Of a DNA stretch of 64,000 nt, positions 1 to 9,382 are shown in pieces (position 1 is the first letter of the stretch; each line of letters starts with the position of its first letter). This stretch comes from Myxococcota bacterium. GTDB lineage: Bacteria; Myxococcota_A; UBA9160; UBA6930. The notes below the pieces were generated by a model, which saw nothing but the letters and a program-made list of their open reading frames with translations, was not told the origin of the DNA and did no database searches. The stretch spans positions 4,224,001 through 4,288,000 of the forward strand of contig OZ245002.1 in the NCBI GenBank assembly GCA_965223415.1. The letters run 5' to 3'. The translations under genes were made by a program, and so were the position numbers.

Positions 1-391
1 CGTAGATTCGAGTGTGGCAGGTTCCGGCCCGGATGCCGCCCCGCGGGGCAAGCCCCGGGGCAGGGGAGGTCCCCGTTCGCCGTCTCCCGGTCGTGCAGCC
101 CCCCCCTCCCCGACCTCCGGGTCGACGCGCTTCGACCCGAAGGCGCCGATGAAGGCGCAAGCGGCGTAGCCGCGGATGTGCGGCTCCTGCGCCTCCTGCC
201 AGCTGCGGTAGACCCGCTCCTCCTCCGGATCCCGGGACGGGGCACGGGCGCCGGGTCTCGGCGATCCGCAACGCCAGAACTTCGGCGTGAGCCGCGCGGG
301 CAAGCGCATCTGTCCGCCGCACCGGTGGAGGTAGAGCGTACACTGTTCCGCGTCGAGGATGCGATGACTTCCTGCCCACGGAGGCCCCGCC

Positions 392-1561
392 ATGCCCGCC
401 GAGCGCCCGGTGATCATCTCCTGCGACGGCCACGCGACCGGTCGTCCCCAGGACTACCTGCCCTACGTGGATCCGGCCTACCGCAGCCGGTACGAGGAGT
501 TCGTCCGCGAGTTCAAGGCCCAGCAGGAGAAACAGGCGAAGGCCAGACGAGAGGGGAAGTCCCTCTTCACCGACGACGGAAGCTTCGCCTTCAACGAGGA
601 GCGCGGCGACGACCGTGACGGCGAGTGGAACTCGTCGGTGCGAACCGAGGTGCTGGAGCGGGAGGGCATCGTGGCGGAGGTGCTCTTCCCGAACGGCGGC
701 GTGCCCTTCGGCGGCTTCGGCGAATCCGCCGAGCACGAGCTGCGGGGCGTCGGCAACCGGGCCTACGATCGCTGGCTGGTCGACTTCGCGAACGATCTCC
801 CGGGCCGGCGCGCAGCGCTGGCGATGCTCACGGTCCACGACCTGGACGCGACCTGTCGCGAGATCCGATGGGCCGCCGAGCACGGCATGAAGGGCGTCAT
901 CATCCCGACCGTGCCGGGCAAGGGGCTCCCTCCCTACTACGACGACTGCTACGACCCGCTCTGGGCCACCTGTCAGGACACGGAGCTTCCGGTCCACGTC
1001 CACGGCGGCGGCGGCACGCCGGACTACGGCGACTACGGCGTGGTGAGCATGCTCATGTACGCCACCGAGGCCACCTTCTTTTCCCAGCGCAACCTCTGGG
1101 TCTTGATCTGGGGCGGCGTCCTGGAGCGCTTCCCGCGTCTGCAGTTCGTCTTCACCGAGACCCGGGCCGACTGGGTGCCGGGCACCCTCGCCCTCCTCGA
1201 CGGCATCCACCGCGCCCCCTTCTTCCGGAACATCGGGGACACGGCGCGGCTCGCGCCGAGCGCGTACTTCGAGCGCCAGTGCCACGTCGCGGCCAGCTCC
1301 ATGGGCTCCCACGAGACGAAGCTCCGCCACCAGATCGGCATCGACAAGCTGATGTGGGGCGCCGACTACCCCCACGTCGAGGGCACCTGGCCGGGAACGC
1401 AGAAGTCGCTGCGGCGCTGCTTCGAGGGCGTGCCGGCGGAGGACGTGCGCACGATCCTCACGACCAATCCCGCCCAGCTCTACGGCTTCGACGAGGAGGC
1501 CCTGCAGCCGATCGCCGACCGGGTGGGGCCGACGGCGGAGGAGCTCGTCGGGGCGAGCTGA
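392..1561 (+). CDS. Amidohydrolase family protein (amidohydrolase_2 type)
   Basis: N-terminal ISCDGH metal motif, PVHVHGG, MWGADYPHVEGTWP C-terminal motif; GGAGG upstream of ATG. Confidence 0.9.
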   Translation: MPAERPVIISCDGHATGRPQDYLPYVDPAYRSRYEEFVREFKAQQEKQAKARREGKSLFTDDGSFAFNEERGDDRDGEWNSSVRTEVLEREGIVAEVLFPNGGVPFGGFGESAEHELRGVGNRAYDRWLVDFANDLPGRRAALAMLTVHDLDATCREIRWAAEHGMKGVIIPTVPGKGLPPYYDDCYDPLWATCQDTELPVHVHGGGGTPDYGDYGVVSMLMYATEATFFSQRNLWVLIWGGVLERFPRLQFVFTETRADWVPGTLALLDGIHRAPFFRNIGDTARLAPSAYFERQCHVAASSMGSHETKLRHQIGIDKLMWGADYPHVEGTWPGTQKSLRRCFEGVPAEDVRTILTTNPAQLYGFDEEALQPIADRVGPTAEELVGAS

Positions 1562-1572
1562 ACGGGGGTCGG

Positions 1573-2595
1573 TCAGTCGATCGGGCGCCCCGCGGCTCGC
1601 AGCACGTAGAGCGCGTCGGCGGTGACCCACTCGTTCGTGCGGCGCTTGCTCGCAGGGCCCCAGTCGAAGAGCTCGGTCCCGGCCTGCGGTGGGGTCGACA
1701 TCCGGAAGAAGCGCTTCTCGGCGGGCCAGCCGCCGTCGCGGAGACGCTTCGCCTCGAGCGTGTCCAGGGCCTCCCGACAGCGCGGGTCGTGGACGAGGCC
1801 GGCCTCGGCCATCACGACCAGACCGGCCAGGAAGTCGTAGTGCCAGTAGAGCGGATAGTGGAGCTCGAGGAAGCCACTCCTCATGACCGCACCGTCCGAT
1901 CTGCGTCGGAACAGGTGGCGCTCGAGGAAGATCTCCGCTGCGCGGCGCGCTGCGTCTTCGGCATCCGGGCGGCCCGTCTCCCGCGCGACGAGCGAAAGGG
2001 CCCGCAGGGGAATCAGGCTCTCCATGAACGACGACCTGGACGCGTCCGGCCGCTTGTCGCAGTTCCACCCTCCGTCGGGCCACTGCCAGTGCAGGAGACG
2101 CTCGATCAGGTCCTCGGCACGCCGATCCGCCAGCCCGAGGGAGACGACGCTGAACAGCGCGTTGCCCTGTTGGGATGCGCAACGGCGGTGGCGCCCCTGC
2201 ATCAGGGGCACTCCCTCTCGCCGGTAGACCTGGCTCCTCGTCGTGGCTTCGAACTCCGCGAAGTAGCGATCGGCGAGCCAGCGCTCCATGAGCTGATCCC
2301 GGATCGGCAGGAGCGCGCGGTCGCCGCGCGGGTACCCGGTATCGGCGAGAGCGGCCATCACCCAGTGGGCGCCGAACCACTTCGCGTAGACCTCCGGGCT
2401 CGGGCGCGTGATGCGTCCGCTCCCCTCTCGGCCGGAGAGCAGTCGCCGGACCCGAAGCGAATCGCGGATCTCTCGCTGGAGCCGACGGATCGCCGCAGAT
2501 GTCGGGCTCTCCCCCAGCACGCGGACGCGAACCTTCCAGCGAATCGCCGGCTCTTTCGAGGAGAGAAGGCGATCCAGGATCTCGGGCTTCGCCAT
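1573..2595 (-). CDS. Hypothetical protein with prenyltransferase/squalene-cyclase-like alpha-barrel repeats
   Basis: QWPDGGWNC and RLRDGGWP QW-like repeats, HYPLYWHYDFL; start moved to MAKPEIL (GAGGAG upstream on minus strand). Confidence 0.7.
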   Translation of the reverse strand: MAKPEILDRLLSSKEPAIRWKVRVRVLGESPTSAAIRRLQREIRDSLRVRRLLSGREGSGRITRPSPEVYAKWFGAHWVMAALADTGYPRGDRALLPIRDQLMERWLADRYFAEFEATTRSQVYRREGVPLMQGRHRRCASQQGNALFSVVSLGLADRRAEDLIERLLHWQWPDGGWNCDKRPDASRSSFMESLIPLRALSLVARETGRPDAEDAARRAAEIFLERHLFRRRSDGAVMRSGFLELHYPLYWHYDFLAGLVVMAEAGLVHDPRCREALDTLEAKRLRDGGWPAEKRFFRMSTPPQAGTELFDWGPASKRRTNEWVTADALYVLRAAGRPID

Positions 2596-2847
2596 GGGAC
2601 GGCTCCTCTTCGCCCAACGCCAGCATAGTCGACTTCCTGCCCCGCGGGCGCGGCGGCTCGCCGGCCCGGAGGAAGAACGGTGAAGCTCGTCACGTGACGG
2701 GTGATCACCCTCGGCCACGGCTTCGTCGGAATCGGCGTGTCGTGCGATCGCATTGCGTCGGTGATTTTCCCGGATCCGGTGAGTCGGGTCACCGCGCTCG
2801 ACCGGTGTCTCCACATAACGTCGCCCGACACGTCATGGAGGACCCCG

Positions 2848-3054
2848 ATGAAGTACGCGATCCACGCCATTGCTCTTGCAATCGGACTGGCCTTCGCCTT
2901 CGCGGCCGCCGCCACCGGGCAGGAGGCCGGGACGAAGACCTGCACCTGGGCCGGCCAGGAGTACCAGCCCGGCGAGAAGGTCAGCGTCGGCGACGATGAG
3001 CTGGTCTGCGACGGCACGACCGGCGAATGGGTGCGACCCGAGGCCAGCGAGTAG
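2848..3054 (+). CDS. Small secreted protein with Cys pair (DUF1496-like)
   Basis: GGAGG RBS, signal peptide MKYAIHAIALAIGLAFAFAAAA, CTWAGQEYQPGEKV...LVC pattern. Confidence 0.7.
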   Translation: MKYAIHAIALAIGLAFAFAAAATGQEAGTKTCTWAGQEYQPGEKVSVGDDELVCDGTTGEWVRPEASE

Positions 3055-3227
3055 CACCCATGTCCGCCCTCTCCGCCTCGCCGAGACCCGCAAGGCCCCT
3101 TCCCGGGGCGGAGAGGGCCCAGGCCCGCGAAACCGGCCATGGCTTCCGAGCGTACCAACGGGCATTCGGCGGCCCGCCGGAGCGTCGCGCTCGGCGAGCC
3201 GTTCCGGATGCTCGAGGAGGGGCCCGC

Positions 3228-3347
3228 GTGAGCGCGGCGGCGAAGCGCGTCGACGTCTTCCGACTGCTGGTAGCGGTGGCCGGGCTCGTGGCTTATCTCG
3301 CGCCGCTGGCCGTGATCGCGGTCTCGCTGCTGATGATCGCGTGGTGA
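3228..3347 (+). CDS. Putative 39-aa membrane peptide
   Basis: GAGGAGG RBS before GTG; hydrophobic C-terminal segment. Confidence 0.4.
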   Translation: MSAAAKRVDVFRLLVAVAGLVAYLAPLAVIAVSLLMIAW

Positions 3348-3351
3348 AGTC

Positions 3352-5259
3352 CTAGGCGGGGAGGATTCGTGCGCCCGCTACCCGGCGGATGCGTCGCCGG
3401 GCTCGCAGCGGCAGGTGTCCGAGCGAGACGGCGAGCCAGTCGTGGGGAAAGGTCACCTCGTCGAAGAGGCGGCGGAGAACGTCTGCTTCGTGAAAGGCGC
3501 CCTGGAAGCGCCACCAGGCCTTGCGCTCGATCTTCACCGCGATCAGGTACTGCGGGTGTTCCGCGAGGTGCTTCAGCTCGCGGCGCACGAGGTAGGCGCG
3601 CGTGATGCCGCCCGCCTCGCGCAGCTGGCTCACCAGGCGCTCGACGATCGGGTTCCCCAGCTCGTGGGGCGCGAAGCGCGTTTGCGCCCCGATGGACTCG
3701 CGCTCGGCGGCGGCCTCGTCGAGGGATTCCTGCTGCTGTAGGAGGTCGACGTGGATGGCGTCGGCCCGGGAGCCCTCGCCGGTCTCGCGCCACCACTGCT
3801 GCTGCAGAGCCGTGAACGCCGGCCCGTGGACCGGGTCGTTCTGGGCGGCGCGCTCCGCCCAGCCGAGGCAAGCCGCGTCGCCGTCGTCGTAGAGGAGCGT
3901 CGCGAGCCAGAGGCAGGCGTCGGCATGGTCCCCGTGGCGGGCCAGGAAGTCCTCGAGGGCGCCGCGACCCGCCTCAGGGCCCTCGCGCTGGGCGATCAGG
4001 CCCACGTGCTCCCACTCCTCCTCCACCTCGAGCGGCGGCCCGGACCCGGCGGCCCGACGGGCGAGCTCGCTGGCGCGCTCGTGGGCGGCCGCGGCTTGCC
4101 TACGCGCCTCCTCCCAGGTCTCGTCCATCTCCTTCCTCGCCTCGGCGTCACCGGTGGCGACCAGGGCGGAGGGATCCGCTGCGAGCTGTTCGATGGCGTT
4201 GGGACCGGCGGTGGCGGCGAGCAGCGCCAGAGCGCGGTCCACCGCGGCTTCGGGCTCCGCGTTCCGATCGACGATCCGGAGCTCGCGGAGGCGATCGAAC
4301 AGGGTCGGATGGGTGTCCTCCAGGTCCGTCGACTCGCCATAGGCGGCGCGCAGCGCTCGCCGCACGAGCGGCCCGTCCTGGGGCTGGCTCCGCAGGAACG
4401 CCACGGCGCGGGTCATCGCGTCCGCCGGCGGCTCCGGGTCCATCGCCGTGGTGCGGGCGAACTCCTCGACGAACCGGGTCTCGAAGCCGGTCGCGCCGAG
4501 CTGGATGCGCACCAGGGCCGCCCCGACGGCTTCCCTTCCGACCGTCTCCGCCGCATGGGCGTCCGCCTCGAACTCCTGGCGCCGTCCGTGCACCGACATG
4601 GCCGCGGCGAGTCGGGCGCCGAACAGCAGGTCGAAGGGCACCAGCAGGAGCCCCGGCAGCCCGGCGTGGCGCAGGGCGTTCCAGGACTCGCCGAAGCGGT
4701 AGAGGGAGGGGCCCCAATGGCCGTGCCGTTTCGCGAAGTGGGCGAGCTCGTGGGCGACGATCGCCCGGGCGGTGCCGAGCGGGACGACGGCCAGGAGGGG
4801 AAGGCCCAGCACGAGGTGATGCCGCGCGAAGCCCGCGAGACCGAAGAGCGGGCGCTGGGAGGCGGCCGCGTTGAACTGGCCGTCGAGCCACACCGAGCTC
4901 AGCTCGCCGACGCCCATCCTGCGCCGCAGGTCGTCGAGCAGCTCGAAGAGCCCCGGTGCATCTTCCGGCGCGAGCCGGTGGCCCCCCGGGCCTTGGACCT
5001 TCGAGACCAGCCCGACCGCCGCCGAGAAGAGGCCCAGCACCGAGAAGATGCCCACGAGGGCCAGGGCGCCCGAGCCCCCGCCCGCGGCGAAGGTGGCCAC
5101 GACCCACGCGGCGACCCCGGCGAGCAGCGCCAGCACACCGGCGAAGTAGATCAGCGCCCCGCCCACCAGGAGCCCCAGGCGGCGCCGGAAAGCGGCCGGC
5201 GCGTGGACCGAGAGCTGGGTGTACTGCTCCACCAGGCCGTGGAATCGGATGCGGCTCAC
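3352..5259 (-). CDS. M48 family (HtpX-like) membrane zinc metallopeptidase with helical/TPR-like C-terminal region
   Basis: TM helices, FNAAA, AHELAH zinc motif, QEFEAD, THPTLFDRL; GTG start with GGAGG RBS. Confidence 0.85.
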   Translation of the reverse strand: MSRIRFHGLVEQYTQLSVHAPAAFRRRLGLLVGGALIYFAGVLALLAGVAAWVVATFAAGGGSGALALVGIFSVLGLFSAAVGLVSKVQGPGGHRLAPEDAPGLFELLDDLRRRMGVGELSSVWLDGQFNAAASQRPLFGLAGFARHHLVLGLPLLAVVPLGTARAIVAHELAHFAKRHGHWGPSLYRFGESWNALRHAGLPGLLLVPFDLLFGARLAAAMSVHGRRQEFEADAHAAETVGREAVGAALVRIQLGATGFETRFVEEFARTTAMDPEPPADAMTRAVAFLRSQPQDGPLVRRALRAAYGESTDLEDTHPTLFDRLRELRIVDRNAEPEAAVDRALALLAATAGPNAIEQLAADPSALVATGDAEARKEMDETWEEARRQAAAAHERASELARRAAGSGPPLEVEEEWEHVGLIAQREGPEAGRGALEDFLARHGDHADACLWLATLLYDDGDAACLGWAERAAQNDPVHGPAFTALQQQWWRETGEGSRADAIHVDLLQQQESLDEAAAERESIGAQTRFAPHELGNPIVERLVSQLREAGGITRAYLVRRELKHLAEHPQYLIAVKIERKAWWRFQGAFHEADVLRRLFDEVTFPHDWLAVSLGHLPLRARRRIRRVAGARILPA

Positions 5260-5409
5260 CGGCAACCTCCCAAGGGCGCCCATCGGCCGCCCGGGGCCTC
5301 TTCGAGAGCCCCGGGGCGCCCCGCGTCGAGATGACGCCGGCGTTGCGGTGGGGCCGCAGCCGGGCGAGGCTGGCGCCTCCGGAGCGCAAGGAACAGGAAG
5401 GAGCATGGG

Positions 5410-6219
5410 ATGGAGGACTTCGAAGGCCGGATCGCCGTGGTCACCGGCGGCGCCAGCGGCATCGGGCGGGGCATCGCCGAGGCGCTCGCCGCCGAAGGGG
5501 CCCACGTCGTCGTGGCCGACATCGACGAGGCGAGGGCGGGGGACACCGCCGAGGGCCTTCGCGGGCGCGGCGTGCGGAGCTTCGCCGTCCGAACCGACGT
5601 GCGCGACACCGCTTCCGTCGACGATCTCGCCGCCGCGACGCTGAAGGAGTTCGATGGCGTCGACCTCCTCGTCAACAACGCCGGCGTCTACCTCGGCGGC
5701 GAGATGCGCGATGTCACCGAGGACGACTGGCGCTTTGTCCTGGGCGTGAACCTGGACGGCGTGTTCCGGGTCGGACAGACCTTCTCGCGAATCCTCCGCG
5801 AGCAGGGCCGCGGCGGCCACGTGGTGAACACGGCCTCGGTGGGCGGCTTCGTCGCCCACGGCGCCGGGCTCGCCTACGGCGTCAGCAAGTTCGGCGTCGT
5901 GGCGTACAGCGAGGCAATGCGGGCGGACCTCGAGCCCGAGGGGATCGGCGTCTCGACCCTTTGTCCGGGGCCGGTGGCGACCAACCTTCCCGCCTCGGAT
6001 CGGCTGCGCGGTGCCCAGGAGGCGGCCGGCGGCTTCTCCGAGGCCCTCTCTCCCTTCATTCGCGAAGGCCTCTCACCGGAGGAGGTGGGGCCGATCGTGC
6101 TGCGCGGTATCCGCGCCAATCTGCCCTACATCTTCACCGACGACAGCCTGCGCGAGCTCTTCGCCCAGCGCTTCCAGACCATCCTGGCCGGCTTCGACCA
6201 GATCACGCCGCCCGCCTAG
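5410..6219 (+). CDS. Short-chain dehydrogenase/reductase
   Basis: TGGASGIG, NNAG, YGVSK motifs. Confidence 0.95.
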   Translation: MEDFEGRIAVVTGGASGIGRGIAEALAAEGAHVVVADIDEARAGDTAEGLRGRGVRSFAVRTDVRDTASVDDLAAATLKEFDGVDLLVNNAGVYLGGEMRDVTEDDWRFVLGVNLDGVFRVGQTFSRILREQGRGGHVVNTASVGGFVAHGAGLAYGVSKFGVVAYSEAMRADLEPEGIGVSTLCPGPVATNLPASDRLRGAQEAAGGFSEALSPFIREGLSPEEVGPIVLRGIRANLPYIFTDDSLRELFAQRFQTILAGFDQITPPA

Positions 6220-6250
6220 GCGTCGGTCGGCGCGGGAAGAGGGGATCGCG

Positions 6251-7138
6251 ATGGACATCGGGCGGGTGGGCGTGTGGAGCCGGACCGACGGCCTCTCGGC
6301 CGGCGAAGCGGCGGCCTTCGCCCGGCGCGTCGAGGCCCTGGGCTACGGCGCCCTCTGGATCCCCGACGCCTTCGGACGCGATCCCTTCGCCCATGCCGGC
6401 TGGCTCTTCGCCCACACCGAGCGCCTGGTGGTGGCGACCGGCGTGGTGAACATCCATCTCCGGGAGGCCCAAGCGACGGCCTGCGCTCAGCGTGAGCTGC
6501 ACGACCAGTCAGGCGGGAGGTTCCTTCTCGGTCTGGGCGTGTCCCACGGCACCGTCGTGGAGGCGATGTTCCGCAAGGCGTACCCGAAGCCCGTGCCGAG
6601 CATGCGCGAGTACCTGGACAAGCTCGACGCCGCGCCCTGGTGGGGTCCCGCCCTGGAGGGCGAGCCGCCCATCGTGCTGGCCGCCCTCGGGCCGCGGATG
6701 CTGGAGCTGGCCGCCGAGCGGACCTGCGGCGCCCACCCCTTTTTCGCGCCGCCCTCGAACACCGCCCGCTCCCGCGAGATCATGGGCCCCGGCCCCTGGC
6801 TGTGTCCCGAGCAGAAGCTCCTGCTCGAGACCGATCCCGAGAAGGCGCGAGCGCGCGCTCGGAAGTCGATGGCCGGGCCCCTCGGCATGCCCAACTACCG
6901 CCGGAACCTGGTTCGCGCGGGCTTCGCCGAGCACGAGCTCGACCAGTGCGGTAGCGACCCGGTCGTCGACGCCGTGGTGGCCTGGGGCGACGTGGACGCT
7001 CTCGTCCGCCGCGTCCAGGAGCACCTGCACGCGGGCGCCTCCCATGTCTGCATCCAGCCCCTGTCCGTGGACGATCCGGCCCGACCCGACGTGGAGCTGC
7101 TCGAGAAGCTCGCGCCGCGTCTGTGCGGAGGCGGTTAG
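6251..7138 (+). CDS. LLM-class, probably F420-dependent, oxidoreductase
   Basis: VEALGYGALW, VATGVVNI, GRFLLGLGVSH, LAALGPRMLELA, HLHAGASHVCIQ. Confidence 0.85.
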   Translation: MDIGRVGVWSRTDGLSAGEAAAFARRVEALGYGALWIPDAFGRDPFAHAGWLFAHTERLVVATGVVNIHLREAQATACAQRELHDQSGGRFLLGLGVSHGTVVEAMFRKAYPKPVPSMREYLDKLDAAPWWGPALEGEPPIVLAALGPRMLELAAERTCGAHPFFAPPSNTARSREIMGPGPWLCPEQKLLLETDPEKARARARKSMAGPLGMPNYRRNLVRAGFAEHELDQCGSDPVVDAVVAWGDVDALVRRVQEHLHAGASHVCIQPLSVDDPARPDVELLEKLAPRLCGGG

Positions 7139-8436
7139 GCGGCCGGTCGCACCGGCAGCCGATGGATCGCGGACACGTGCAGGTTCGGCACCCGCTCCGG
7201 CGGCCCGGCGGCCTCGAAGCGGTGCAGGATCGGGATGAGCGCCCGGAGCGCCGCCCGCAGCTCCCAGCGCGCCAGGTTCGCGCCGAGACAGAAGTGGGCC
7301 CCGAAGCCGCCGAAGGCCAGGTGGTGGTTCGGCCAGCGGGTGACGTCGAAACGGTAGGGATCCGGGAAGACGGTCTCGTCGCGGTTGGCGGACGGGTACC
7401 ACATGCCCACGTCTTCGCCGGCGCGGATGCGCGTGTCGGCGATCTCGATGTCGCGCACTGCGGTGCGGGCGAACTGGACCACCGGCGACGTCCAGCGCAG
7501 GATCTCCTCGGCGGCGGTCGCCACCAGGTCCGGGTTCCCGCACAGCAGGTCGCGCTGCGCCGGGTGCTCCAGCAGCGCGGAGACCCCGCCGCTGATCGCG
7601 TTCTGGGTGGTCTCGTTGCCCGCCGCCAGGATCACGAACAGGAAGCCCTGGAGCTGCTGCTCGGTCAGCGGCTTGCCGTCGACCCGCCCGTGCACGATCA
7701 CGCTCGAGAGGTCGTCGCCTCCGGGGCCCCGCGCCCGCCGATCCCGGGCGAGCTCCACCATGTAGTCGGTGATCTCTCCGTAGGCCCGGGCCACGCCCTG
7801 GTTGCGCTCCTCGCCCGGCTCGAAGAAGCCCGGCTCCGGCGCGCCGATGAGCACGTTGGTGAGCTGTTTCAGTCGCATCCAGTCGCCGGCGGGCAGGCCC
7901 ATCATCTCGCCGATGGCGGCGAGGGGGAGCTTCTGGGCGAAGCTCCGGACGAAGTCGCAGAGCTCACCCTCCTCGGCCGCTCGCTCGAGCTCCGCGGCGA
8001 ACTCGTCGGCGAACTTCCGCGCCAGATCGTCGAAGTGCCCCTCGAGCTTGCGCAGGGCCGCGGGGGTGAAGCGCCGCGCCACCACGAGCCGGAACTCGCG
8101 GTGGCGCGGGTCGTCCATGTAGATGAAGTCCGGCGGTTCCTTCGGGTCCCAGCCGTGGGCCTCGGTCCGCAGGCGCATGGAGGTCTCCATGCGCGCGTCC
8201 TCTTCGCGGGTCATGAGGCGCAAGCGCCGGCTGTTCACGAAGACGTCGGACCGGCGCGAGACCTCGAGCACGTCCGCGTGGCGGGTGATCGCCCAGAATG
8301 GCGCCATCTCTTCCCGCTCGTACCAGAACACCGGGGCCTCCCGGCGCAGCAGGTCCCACTCCCGCCAGGGGTAGCCCTCGCGCACGTAACGGTCGGTGCT
8401 GTGGATGTCGAGGGTCGCAAGCGTCGGCTCGGGCAT
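7135..8436 (-). CDS. Cytochrome P450
   Basis: AGNETT I-helix, EEILRW ExxR, FGGFGAHFCLG heme-binding motif. Confidence 0.95.
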   Translation of the reverse strand: MPEPTLATLDIHSTDRYVREGYPWREWDLLRREAPVFWYEREEMAPFWAITRHADVLEVSRRSDVFVNSRRLRLMTREEDARMETSMRLRTEAHGWDPKEPPDFIYMDDPRHREFRLVVARRFTPAALRKLEGHFDDLARKFADEFAAELERAAEEGELCDFVRSFAQKLPLAAIGEMMGLPAGDWMRLKQLTNVLIGAPEPGFFEPGEERNQGVARAYGEITDYMVELARDRRARGPGGDDLSSVIVHGRVDGKPLTEQQLQGFLFVILAAGNETTQNAISGGVSALLEHPAQRDLLCGNPDLVATAAEEILRWTSPVVQFARTAVRDIEIADTRIRAGEDVGMWYPSANRDETVFPDPYRFDVTRWPNHHLAFGGFGAHFCLGANLARWELRAALRALIPILHRFEAAGPPERVPNLHVSAIHRLPVRPAA

Positions 8437-8500
8437 GGGGCCACTGTGGGCTAGAATGCCCGCTTCGTCCAGAAGGCCGGGCTCGGCCGGGAGGCATCTC

Positions 8501-9382
8501 ATGGCGACCGCTCTCGCATCCGACGTGCTCGAGGTCACGCGTCTCACGGGCTCGCTCGGCGCCGAGGTCCGGGGAATCGCCCTGGGCCAGGCCGGTCCGG
8601 AGGAGGCCGAGGCGCTGAAGGAGCTGATGGCGGAGCATCTGGTCCTCTTCTTCCCGGACCAGCACCTCACGCCCGACGCCCACATTGCCTTCGGGCGCCT
8701 CTTCGGGGAGCTCGAGGCCCACCCGAACCTCCACCTCGACGCCGAGCGGCCCGAGTTCTTCGAGCTCCACGCCACCGGCGGCGCCGGCGCCATCGCCGAC
8801 GAATGGCACAGCGATCTCACCTGTCAGGAGGAGCCGTCGGTGATGGCGATCCTGCAAATGGTGAAGTGCCCGCCCTTCGGCGGTGACACGCTCTGGGCGA
8901 ACGCCTACAAGGCCTACGACGAGCTCTCGCCGCCGATGAAGGAGCTCTGCGAGGGGCTCACCGCTCTCCACGACGCCCATCCCCACGGCAAGCCAGAGAA
9001 CATGGCGATCCATCCCGTCGTGCGAACCCACCCGGTGACCGGCCGCAAGTCCCTCTTCGTGAACGAGCACTTCACCCGCCGCATCGTCGAGATGGGCCAC
9101 CAGGAGAGCGAGGCCCTGCTCGGGTTCCTGACCGGTTGGATCACGAGCCCGAACTTCACGGTCCGCTACCACTGGAGCGAAGGCACGATCGCGATGTGGG
9201 ACAACCGCTGCACGCAGCACTGCGTGCTGAACGACTTCGAGGGTGAGCGGGTCATCCAGCGCGTCACCGTGATGGGCGATCGGCCCGAGGCCGCTGCTCC
9301 GCTGCGCTGGGAACCCTTCGTCAAGCCCTTCAGCGCCGCGAGCCGGCACGACCGCCAGCTCAAGACGTTCCTGCACCGCTAG
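8501..9382 (+). CDS. TauD/TfdA family Fe(II)/2-oxoglutarate dioxygenase
   Basis: WHSD, GGDTLWA, HPVVRTHPVTGRKSLFVN, WDNRCTQH. Confidence 0.93.
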   Translation: MATALASDVLEVTRLTGSLGAEVRGIALGQAGPEEAEALKELMAEHLVLFFPDQHLTPDAHIAFGRLFGELEAHPNLHLDAERPEFFELHATGGAGAIADEWHSDLTCQEEPSVMAILQMVKCPPFGGDTLWANAYKAYDELSPPMKELCEGLTALHDAHPHGKPENMAIHPVVRTHPVTGRKSLFVNEHFTRRIVEMGHQESEALLGFLTGWITSPNFTVRYHWSEGTIAMWDNRCTQHCVLNDFEGERVIQRVTVMGDRPEAAAPLRWEPFVKPFSAASRHDRQLKTFLHR

